In this document: positions 10,124-18,273 of the stretch, piece by piece
Position numbering within the stretch: position 1 is the stretch's first letter
Layout: each line of letters starts with the position of its first letter
Assembly: GCA_963845245.1 (NCBI GenBank)
Contig: CAWJRJ010000028.1
Location: 1 to 45,778, forward strand
Reading direction: 5' to 3'
DNA: 45,778 nucleotides
DNA from: Nitrospirota bacterium
GTDB lineage: Bacteria > Nitrospirota > JACRHJ01
Made by a program: the position numbers and the translations under genes
The notes under the pieces: model-generated
The model's database searches: none
Told to the model about the DNA's origin: nothing
The model's input: the letters and a program-made list of their open reading frames with translations, nothing else

Positions 10124-11160
10124 TCTGCGATTGCTATCGTCGCGTTCTTTGTCTTCTTCTTTGCAACAAGGAGTTTCTTTGCCCCCGCCGCAAGAAGGGC
10201 CGCCGGTTCGCATACCCCGTATACCCCCAAGTTTCTGAATACAGTCTCGGATGCACCCGAAGGCGTCTTGCCTTTAAGGAGCTTCTCCCTTGTGAAAAAT
10301 TTTATCTTCAAGCCCCGCTTCTTCGCGAAGCTCAAGAGCCCTGCCTCGTCCTTCTTGTCCTCCACCGATGCCAGCATTTTAACCGACATCGGAGACAATC
10401 CCGCGTCGTTCAGTGTGTCCACAAAAAGGCGCTCGATCTCTTCCTCGGACGTGCCACGGTTGCAACCCATCCCCACCACAAGAACTTTCGGGCGAAGTAC
10501 CGCGACCGGCTTACGCTTCTTTATCTCCAACATGAACGGCGTGATCAATATCGCCGCGTCGGCCTTCGCCTTCAGCGCGTCCTCTGCGGTCTTCTGGAAC
10601 TCGATGTCCGCGTTGATACCGTCCAGCCTGCCCGCCATATCTATGTACGAATACGCGGAAACCTTACCGCCGTTTACTATTGCGGCGGTAACGCGCTTCG
10701 CGGCATCGAAGTCTTCAATCGCACAGCCGAGCATTCCGGCTAGTGTATCAACCGCGATTGCCCCCTGAACGTCCGACGCGGTAGTTATCACCGCCTGCCC
10801 GCCGGTTATTTTCGCGATCTCTTTTGCAAGCTCGTTCGCACCGCCGATGTGGCCGGAGAGCAGGCTTATAACGTAATCGCCCTTCTCGTCCATCACCACC
10901 ACCGCCGGGTCGGTCTTCTTGTCCTTCAAGTGCGGCGCGATCGTCCTGACCGCAATACCCGTGGCCGTAATAAAGACAATGGCTTTATATATTTTGAATA
11001 TCCGCCCGACCTCGTCTGCCAGACTGCCCTTGATTGATTTGCAGCCCGGCAGGGCGAATTCCTTCGGCAGATATACGTCCGCAGACTTGTATGCCTTGGC
11101 TATCTTCCTGGCAAGTACGGAACCGTTCTTGGTTATGGCGACTACTGCCAACTTTCTCAT
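10108..11160 (-). CDS. cbiG: Cobalt-precorrin-5A hydrolase
   Basis: ATGIAVRTIAP, DKKTDPAVVV, SLLSGHIGGANELA, ITTASD, GMGCNRG, GVCEPAAL. Confidence 0.94.
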   Translation of the reverse strand: MRKLAVVAITKNGSVLARKIAKAYKSADVYLPKEFALPGCKSIKGSLADEVGRIFKIYKAIVFITATGIAVRTIAPHLKDKKTDPAVVVMDEKGDYVISLLSGHIGGANELAKEIAKITGGQAVITTASDVQGAIAVDTLAGMLGCAIEDFDAAKRVTAAIVNGGKVSAYSYIDMAGRLDGINADIEFQKTAEDALKAKADAAILITPFMLEIKKRKPVAVLRPKVLVVGMGCNRGTSEEEIERLFVDTLNDAGLSPMSVKMLASVEDKKDEAGLLSFAKKRGLKIKFFTREKLLKGKTPSGASETVFRNLGVYGVCEPAALLAAGAKKLLVAKKKTKNATIAIAEAVSK

Positions 11161-11463
11161 TTAAAATAGAACTCCAACTTCTTTTATCCACTGAAGAACT
11201 TTCAATGCAATATATACCGTTGGGACTATCAATATAATAAGCGCCATGTTCTTGGGCGTGATAATCCAGAAGAACCTGGCCTTATTGGTTTGATATGTCT
11301 GCTGGCAATGCGGGCAGGTTATCTGGTCATAATTCTCTACCAACCTAAATAATTTTAGCCATTTTGCCGGGTGAACCAAACCACGTACCGGGCTCTGGTT
11401 GCGCAATATCGGTGCCAGGTCTATCGTCTTTAAACAATGTGGGCAAACCTCAGTCTTTGGCAT
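11161..11463 (-). CDS. Hypothetical Zn-ribbon-like (CPHC...CPHC) protein with C-terminal TM helix, AT-rich
   Basis: Two CxxC pairs and a hydrophobic MALIILIVPTVYIAL segment. Its stop abuts the cbiG ATG. Confidence 0.6.
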   Translation of the reverse strand: MPKTEVCPHCLKTIDLAPILRNQSPVRGLVHPAKWLKLFRLVENYDQITCPHCQQTYQTNKARFFWIITPKNMALIILIVPTVYIALKVLQWIKEVGVLF

Positions 11464-11469
11464 TAGCAA

Positions 11470-11518
11470 GCCTTGTCTATCTTACCGGCAAGTAATGAGC
11501 CGTTTTTGGTTATGGCGA
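11470..11518. repeat. Degenerate direct-repeat copy of the cbiG 5' end (partner 11093-11141)
   Basis: 42/49 identical by manual alignment. The copy and its flanks translate as KDLALIAITKNGSLLAGKIDKAC* versus CbiG RKLAVVAITKNGSVLARKIAKAY. Confidence 0.9.
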
Positions 11519-11589
11519 TGAGAGCGAGGTCTTTAACTCAATATCCATACCTTGTCACCTTGTCACACGCCACAACGCATGAAATCTAT

Positions 11590-12106
11590 TTTTGGCTTAA
11601 TCGCTTTGCCGTAATAAGTAAACCTATGAAATCTGCTACAATACTTAGATTGATTGACCAAAGTATTCTGTTTTTGTTTCATAAAACTGAACAGATTAAT
11701 TTCTTAGAGCTGCACAAACTTCGCGCCAGTATTTCAGGAACAAGGAAACAGAATAGTACTCCGATGTATGCGACAAAATATCGAGTAACTATAACCAATA
11801 TTTTTATTCCCAAGTTTTTTCTGATAAAATAATACTTTTTATTCCTAGCAACAACTAAAAAATAAAATAACATCGCCTATCATTAACAACAATGCTGGAA
11901 CAAGGTCAAATTTATACAGTTCAGCAAGTTTTTTCGACACTTTATCTAGGTTGTCCAAATTCTGTATAATATATTCTCTTGGAATTTGTTTATACAGTTT
12001 TTGGAACAACGATAAATTCGTTAATCAAGTACCATATGGCTACAGTTACCAGTATTAGGACTACTGCCAATACTAAAACAACTAAAATATTAATTAACGT
12101 TTTCAT
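11590..12106 (-). pseudogene. AT-rich multi-TM membrane protein gene, fragmented; boundaries approximate
   Basis: Consecutive hydrophobic fragments in shifting frames: MKTLINILVVLVLAVVLILVTVAIWYL / FDLVPALLLMIG / ILVIVTRYFVAYIGVLFCFLVP. Confidence 0.45.
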
Positions 12107-12133
12107 AAATATCATCTGGATAAATGAACGGCT

Positions 12134-12886
12134 TTACTTCCGGTACTCGTGCTTGAAATCCTTGTCGTAAAGCTTCGAGTACGCCTTCATCTGCCTGCCA
12201 ATCGCCTCGCCGACGAATATCAGCGCGGTCTTGGAGATACCTTCCGCCTTCACCTTGTCCGCGATGTCCGCGAGTGTCCCGCGCACGACCTTCTCCTCGG
12301 GCCAGGACGCCTTGTACACCACCGCCGCCGGTGTCGTATCCGGGAAGCCCGTGAGCAGCTCCTCGACCACCTTGTCTATATTGCCGATGGACAGGAATAT
12401 AACCATCGTCGTGCCGTGTGATGCAAGCGAGGAAAGCGACTCCTTCTTCGGGACGCCGGTGCGGCCCTCAAGGCGGGTGAAGATGACGGTCTGGTTCACC
12501 TCCGGCAGGGTCAGCTCACACTTGAGCGCGGCGGCGGCGGCGAATGCGGAACTCACGCCGGGGACGACTTCATACTCAAGCCCCGCCTTGTCCAGCTCCT
12601 CCATCTGCTCCGCGATTGCGCCGTACAGGCTCGGCTCTCCGGTATGAAGCCGTGCGACGACCTTGCCAGCCTTTGCATAAGCGGCCATCGCCGCGACCAT
12701 CTCGTCAAGCTCCATCGTGGCGCTGTTCTTTATCTCCGCGCCGGGCTTGGCGAACTTCAGAAGCTCCGGGTTCACAAGCGACCCGGCATAGATTACCAGG
12801 TCGGCCTGCTCCAGGACCTTTCTGGCCTTGATCGTCATGAGGTCCGGGTCGCCCGGACCCGCGCCTAAGAAGAATATATTGCTCAA
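12134..12886 (-). CDS. cbiF: Cobalt-precorrin-4 C11-methyltransferase
   Basis: GAGPGDPDL, YAGSLVNP, ARLHTGEPSLYGAIAEQM, ELTLPEVNQTVIFTR, YSKLYDKDFKHEYR; TTG start. Confidence 0.95.
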   Translation of the reverse strand: MSNIFFLGAGPGDPDLMTIKARKVLEQADLVIYAGSLVNPELLKFAKPGAEIKNSATMELDEMVAAMAAYAKAGKVVARLHTGEPSLYGAIAEQMEELDKAGLEYEVVPGVSSAFAAAAALKCELTLPEVNQTVIFTRLEGRTGVPKKESLSSLASHGTTMVIFLSIGNIDKVVEELLTGFPDTTPAAVVYKASWPEEKVVRGTLADIADKVKAEGISKTALIFVGEAIGRQMKAYSKLYDKDFKHEYRK

Positions 12887-12906
12887 AGTAGACTCCCTTC
12901 GTGGTG

Positions 12907-13030
12907 GGTGAAGTTTATTCTCAAGCCATCAAAAAGAGAGGTACAGTAAGTAGACTCTGTACGGTGATGCACGTTCAAAGGCTACTTACTGACCTCGAAT
13001 CTTTTTGATAGCTTTCGAACAAATATCACC
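12907..13030. repeat. ~125-bp imperfect palindrome filling most of the cbiL-cbiF intergenic region
   Basis: Arm 12907-12963 pairs with 12972-13030 (e.g. CAGTAAGTAG/CTACTTACTG and ATCAAAAAGA/TCTTTTTGAT), with small bulges. Confidence 0.85.
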
Positions 13031-13041
13031 AGCACTCGTCA

Positions 13042-13751
13042 TTATTTCTTCACTATTACCATCGAAAGATAGTCATGCTCGTTTTCGCCGATGCTCTTTC
13101 AGGTCGCGGATGATCTTCTCCTTATCCGTCCCGCACCGGCTGACATACACGGCCTTTGAAAGAAGCCCCATCTCCTCAAGCAGCGAGACGAGCTTCCCGA
13201 AGCTCTTGTTCACCTTCATCAGCACCACGGTGTCGTAATTGGACAGCGGCTCCCTGAGGCTTTCCATGTCGCGCCCGACAGGCATGATGGCAAGCCGCTC
13301 CGAGCCGAGCGCTAGGTCAACCCCCGCCCTTGCCGCCGCAAGCGATATGGAGCTGACGCCGGGTATGATCTCGTTCTCAACGCCCGGAATGATATTTTTT
13401 ATCTTGGACAGGATGTATGAGTAGGTGCTGTAGAGCGACGGGTCGCCCAAGAGTGAGGAAGGCGACGTCTTTCCCTGCGGCAAGCTCGGCAGCCACAAGC
13501 TCGGCCGCGTCCGACCATGCCTTGTCCAGCACCGCCTTGTCCATGCTCATCGGGAACAGCGGGGTAATCACCTTCTGGCGCGCAGGGTCTATGTAGCCCT
13601 CGACAATGGACAGCGCGAAGCTCTCCGCGTCGTCCGTCGCCTTCGGCGCGCAGACCACCGGGACGTCAGTCAGAATTTTGACAGCCTTTACCGTAAGGAG
13701 GCCGGGGTCGCCCGGGCCGACGCCGATACCGTAAATCTTGCCGAATGCCAT
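13042..13751 (-). CDS. cbiL: Cobalt-precorrin-2 C20-methyltransferase (frameshifts ~13450 and ~13098)
   Basis: YGIGVGPGDPGLLTVKA, FPM, LGDPSLYSTY, IIPGVSS, TVVLMK. The shifted C-terminus reads DYLSMVIVKK*. Confidence 0.92.
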
Positions 13752-13780
13752 TGAATCCCCTCACTTATTAAAAGGAGGCT

Positions 13781-13808
13781 AGTATAGCATCTGAGGACAA
13801 AAAATCAA
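13781..13808 (-). promoter_or_regulatory. Internal sigma70-type promoter upstream of cbiL
   Basis: Minus strand TTGATT-N16-TATACT with TG extension, the same layout as the groES promoter. Confidence 0.5.
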
Positions 13809-13810
13809 CT

Positions 13811-13860
13811 AAAAGCAAAACCGCCGCTTTCTTTACGAAAAGAAAGCGGCGGCAAAGAAA
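13811..13860 (-). terminator. Strong hairpin after cbiET (terminator-like, with an extra mirror tract)
   Basis: CCGCCGCTTTCTTT-ACGA-AAAGAAAGCGGCGG stem, followed on the minus strand by TTTTGCTTTT. Confidence 0.7.
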
Positions 13861-13880
13861 CGGGGAATAATAAAACCGGC

Positions 13881-15099
13881 TTAGGTTTTAATGCCGAGGA
13901 TGATATTGATCGGGTTGGCGGCAATCATGAAATGCTTCTGTGAGAGCTCCTTGGAGCGGGCGACGCTTGCTGTGGTAACCTCAAAGACATAATTATGTGC
14001 CTTCATGAACTCGACCAATTCGGTGAAATTCTCAAGGGTGACGGTATTTGCAACGAGCCTGCCGCCCTTCTTGAGCCTTGTGTCTATGTAGGCAAGTATC
14101 TCCGCGAGCTGCCCGCTGCTGCCTCCGATGAAGACTATATCCGGGTCCGGCAGGGGCTTCAGCGCCTCCGGGGCATCCCCGCCTATCGGCTCGACCCGGT
14201 TGGCCGCGAACTTCACGATGTTCTTCTTCAGGAACGCAAGCTGTTTCTGGTCTTTCTCTACGGCGAATACCTTGCCCGGGGCGATAAGCGGTTCCGCCTC
14301 TATCGAGACCGAGCCGCTGCCCGCGCCGATATCCCACATGATGTTCCCGCTGGTCGGGCGGAGCTTGGAGAGCGCGATTGCCCGTACCTCGGCCTTCGTT
14401 ATCATGCCCTCCCTGTGCGCAAACTGGAAATCCGGTATGCCGAGCGATTTGGAATACGGCTTTCCGGCGGGCTCGACTGCGCTTCTCCTTCTTTATTATC
14501 ATCACGTTCATCGGCGAGAACTTCTTCGATACGGTCTCCTCCAGGGAGCCCTCGAACATCTTCGGGTTCTCCATGCCGAGGTTCTCGCAGACAAAGACCT
14601 TCCTCTCGCCGATACCAGCGGATATCAGCGCGGCGGCAAGCTTGTCGGGGCTGTTCTTGTCGTCGGTGAACACGCCGACCTTGTCACGCATCAGGGTCGC
14701 CTTCAGCACCTCGTCGACGCCGCGCCCGTGCGCGCTGACGATCTCCGCGTCCTCCCAGGTCTCCTTGGCCATGGCAAAGGCCCACTGCATCGAGCTTACC
14801 GCAGGGGTTATGTCAAGGTTTTCCTTGCCGAAGTTCTTCAGGAGGTATCCGGTTATGCCGTAGAGGTTGGGGTCGCCTGAGGCCAGGACGACGATGTCGG
14901 ATTTTTTCTTCTTCTTTATAATATCCACCACCTTGAACAGGTCCGCCTTGAGCGAGTATTTCCTGCTTTCGGGTATGTCGGAGAGCTGTTTCAGAAACCT
15001 CTCGCTGCCTATTACCAGCTTGGCTGCATTTATCGTCTCCATGGAGCTCTCGGAAAGGCTTTTGATGCCCTCAATTCCTATTCCTATTATATGGATCAT
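13881..15099 (-). CDS. cbiET: Bifunctional CbiE/CbiT (CobL-like) methyltransferase/decarboxylase (frameshift ~14440-14490)
   Basis: N-terminal IHIIGIG, VVLASGDPNLYGI, SAHGR, VCENLG. C-terminal MITKAEVRAIALSKL, WDIGAGSGSVSIE, PDIVFIGG, GGRLVANTVTLE. Confidence 0.9.
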
Positions 15100-16166
15100 A
15101 CCCTTTTTCCCTCGTAGTCGACCATTATGCACTCGAATTTGACCCCGCCGCCAAGGACCTCTTGTGCGGTATCGCCTACCTTCTCGCGTATCCTTTCAAA
15201 CAACCCGGCCGGGCCGTTCTTTTTCAGGTTAAAAAACACCTCCCTTGCGGTGTTTGCGGCCCTTATGGCTTCCGCCTTCCTCTTGGAGAGGCCGAGCCTC
15301 CAGTGCAAGGTCGGCAAGGAAGCCAAGCTCAAGCGTGGAATCATTCGCGTGGGTACGGGTGTTCCCCATGGCAATCTTCACGAGCTTCCCGAACTGCCCT
15401 ACGATTACAACCTTGGCAAAACCATGTTTTTTGGCCTCGGCCAGCGAGTATCCGACATGGTCGCCCATCTGTATGAACGCCTCTTCCGGGAAGTCCGGCA
15501 GGATGCGCATTGCGGCCGTCTCGCTCGTCCTGCCCGGAGTCAATACGACGCTGGTTATCCCGCAGGCCTTTGCAACGCTCATTGCCGCGGACACGGTATC
15601 CGTCCAAGCCTTAGCGGAAATTGGCTCGACTATGCCGGTCGTCCCGAGTATCGATATCCCGCCGACGATACCCAGCCTGGCATTAAGCGTCTTCCGGGCA
15701 AGCTCCTCGCCTTGCGGTACGAATATGACAGCCTCAAGCCCAAGCGGGCAGTCCGTCTCCTTCAGTACCTTGCAAAGCTCTTCCTTTATCATCTTCATGG
15801 GAACGGGGTTTATTGCAGGATGCCCGACCGGGACCGGCAGCCCGGGTTTTGTAACCAGCCCCACACCCCTGCCGCCTTTTACGGTAACCCCAAAGCCAGT
15901 TGTAAAGAAGGTAACTTCCGCGCCTATCTCTGCACCGGCAGTCACGTCCGGGTCGTCGCCGGCATCCTTGATTATCGTGACTTCTGCCCTGTCCTGGTCA
16001 TATTCAATCCGTATGCACGTTAAAAACGGCGTTGAACCCTGCCGGCAGGGTTATCTCCACCTTATCGACAGGACTCTCGTTAATAAGGGTGTAAGCTGCC
16101 GCCTTTGCCGCTGCCGCCGCGCATGCCCCTGTCGTAAAGCCGCGTCTTAGCTCGCTCTTTCACCAT
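15096..16166 (-). CDS. cbiD: Cobalt-precorrin-5B C1-methyltransferase (at least 3 frameshifts)
   Basis: ELRRGFTTGACAAAAAKAA, KDAGDDPDVT, GVGLVTKPGL, PAINPVP, TLNARLGIVGGISILGTTGIV, GQFGKLVKIAMG. Confidence 0.92.
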
Positions 16167-16167
16167 A

Positions 16168-16338
16168 TCACTCGGAGCCGCCTTGGCCTGGACGTTCATC
16201 ATCGTCATCTCCCCCGGCTATGCTGTAACCCTCATCAGCCCAGACACCCAAGTCAATAAGCTTGCAGCGTTCACTGCAAAAAGGCCGATACTGGTTACCT
16301 TCCCAGACGATTTCTTTTTTACATATTGGACAATGCAT
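16168..16338 (-). CDS. yacG: DNA gyrase inhibitor YacG
   Basis: CPIC...[22 protein letters not shown] with an acidic tail. Confidence 0.93.
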   Translation of the reverse strand: MHCPICKKEIVWEGNQYRPFCSERCKLIDLGVWADEGYSIAGGDDDDERPGQGGSE

Positions 16339-16410
16339 TCGAAACCCCAAAAAACACAAGAAAAAAGACGTTTATCACCCTGAACGGGCAGAAAATTACC
16401 TAACCTTAAA

Positions 16411-16439
16411 ATTGAACCAACTAAACGCAGAATTGTCAA
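16411..16439 (-). promoter_or_regulatory. Candidate sigma70 promoter of yacG-cbiD
   Basis: Minus strand TTGACA-N17-TTCAAT with TG extension. Confidence 0.45.
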
Positions 16440-16477
16440 TGTAAAAAATCCATATCAGGGAAAAATAGCAGGTATAA

Positions 16478-16506
16478 TAAAAATGGGCCGGCTGAACCGG
16501 CCCATT
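16478..16506 (-). terminator. Intrinsic terminator after the Zn-ribbon gene
   Basis: AATGGGCCGG-CTGAA-CCGGCCCATT stem with an A-run on +. Confidence 0.8.
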
Positions 16507-16539
16507 CATAAGGCTTATTGTCTTTAACGAATCATCTGC

Positions 16540-16686
16540 TCAGAAGTTGCCGGCATTCAGCCTGTTCTGGACAATGGTCTTGTCTATTATGCTCCCGCAG
16601 TTCAGGCACTTCCAACCGTAGAAGGTTATAAAGTAATCTGCAAACCTCTGAGATACCATCAACCCACCACATTTTTGACATTTCAT
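16540..16686 (-). CDS. 48-aa Zn-ribbon protein of unknown function
   Basis: AAGGGGAG RBS; MKCQKCGGLMVSQRFADYFITFYGWKCLNCGSIIDKTIVQNR (CxxC...WxCxxCG). Confidence 0.8.
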   Translation of the reverse strand: MKCQKCGGLMVSQRFADYFITFYGWKCLNCGSIIDKTIVQNRLNAGNF

Positions 16687-16762
16687 AGTAATTCTCCCCC
16701 TTTCGTTTATCTGTACAAGTTGTGCTTCAATAATTGTTTCCCGAATAACGTTTATTATATCT

Positions 16763-16778
16763 AGCAAGTAGCGTGCCA
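16763..16778 (-). promoter_or_regulatory. Sigma54 (RpoN) -24/-12 promoter
   Basis: Minus strand TGGCACG-CTAC-TTGCT, matching TGGCACR-N4-TTGCW. Confidence 0.85.
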
Positions 16779-16784
16779 CAACAA

Positions 16785-16797
16785 TAAATATTTGATT
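16785..16797 (-). promoter_or_regulatory. IHF binding site
   Basis: Minus strand AATCAA-ATAT-TTA matches WATCAANNNNTTR, directly upstream of the sigma54 promoter. Confidence 0.6.
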
Positions 16798-17198
16798 TAT
16801 CCTTGTTTGTCAAATAGTTACAAAAGCTAATCCAACTAAGACATCCGCTACAGCCAGGATTTTCTGTCATTATTTTGACTACCTAACGCCTTTAGTATTG
16901 AGGCACATTAATTCCTGCCTTGATTTAATAGGTTTTTAGGCGCGTCAAATTTTTGAATTAGCTCATTTACGGCGTTTGACCTTTACGAAAACATATACTA
17001 TAAAAAAAGTTAATAATCTTATAACGCAACCCTTGACAATAGTATTAAAACATGATTAACTTTCTGTGGTTTATACCGACTAATTTATATTTTCGGGTGT
17101 TTTAACACTTAATCTATTATTATCGGGAAAGGAGGCTTTTGCGCATCGTCTTGTTTTTGGATTAACATCTTTAATTCAAAGAAAGGGGAACAGGTATA

Positions 17199-18273
17199 AT
17201 GCGGAGAGGATCATTAAACAGTTTTGCCGATCTTGGCAGGAGGGACTTCCTCAAGTTCTGCAGCGCTACAGCCGCGATGATGGGGTTGTCGGAACTCTAT
17301 GGGCCAAAGATAGCCGAGGCCGTGACAACGGCTTCAAAACGTCCTTCGGTGGTCTGGCTGACACTTTCATGCGACTCGGGCTGCACCGAGATGTTCATCA
17401 AGGCCAAAAACCCTGGCCCAGCCGAGCTAATCCTCGACATCCTCAGTGTCGACTTTAACGACACTATCATGGCCGCCGCCGGAGAGCAGGCGGAAGAGAA
17501 CTTCAAAAAGGCGGTTGACGCCGGCGGTTTCATACTCGTAATCGAAGGCGGAATGCCGAGCAAGCCCGGTTACGGGACCATTGCCGGCAGGGATATGATC
17601 GACATCGTCAGGGAAGCTGGCGCCAAAGGCCGCCGCAGTCGTCGCCATAGGCTCCTGCGCCACAAACGGCGGCATACCCGGCGCCAGACCCAACCCTTCA
17701 GGCCTAAAGAGCGTTTCGGAAGTACTTGGCCCTATGGGTATCAAGAACGTAAACCTCCCCGGCTGCCCCGCCGACCCCAAGCTCCTCATCGGCGTGGTCA
17801 TGAACTACCTCCTGTTCAAGAAGCTCCCCGACCTGGACGACCAGGCCAGGCCTAAGATGTTCTATTCAAAGACAATACACGAGCAGTGCGAGCGCAGGTC
17901 CTATTTCGAGGCGGGCAAGTTCGTCGAGGCCTTCGGTACACCCGAGATGGAAAAGGGCTACTGCCTCTTCAAGATGGGCTGCAAGGGCCCTGCCACTTAC
18001 GCCCCCTGCCCGACAATCAGGTACAACGACAACGCAAGTTGGTGCATTCAGGCAGGCGCGCCATGCATCGGTTGCCTCGACATGAAATGGCCGGACAATT
18101 TCCACCCCTTCTACGCAAAACTCAAGGGGATAAGCGTACCCGGGTTTGGCGGGGTAGAGACTTCCGCGGACAAGGTAGGCAAGGTCCTGGGTATTGCAAC
18201 TGCTGCGGGTATTGCCGTGCACGCAGCCGCCTCGGCGGCAAAGGGCGGCTCCAAGAAAGGGGGGGACGAATAA
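17199..18273 (+). CDS. Membrane-bound [NiFe] hydrogenase small subunit, Tat-exported (frameshift ~17626)
   Basis: RRDFLK Tat motif, IEGG, AIGSCATNGGIP, NLPGCP, IHEQCERR, CLFKMGCKGP, CIGC, and a C-terminal TM helix with His. Confidence 0.93.

Noticed and set aside
12907..13030. Integron attC site
   Set aside because: It is a long bulged hairpin, but the ends lack RYYYAAC...GTTRRRY in the right order, it is single-copy here, and no intI is present in the window.
16975..17110. NikR, Rex or FNR operators upstream of the hydrogenase (GTTAATAATCTTATAAC, GTGTTTTAACAC)
   Set aside because: These are weak dyads in AT-rich DNA with no convincing match to a consensus I can state.
17128..17165. uORF (TTG-start MRIVLFLD*) after AAGGAGG in the hydrogenase leader
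   Set aside because: The SD-to-start spacing is too short and there is no other support. It could be revisited with Ribo-seq.
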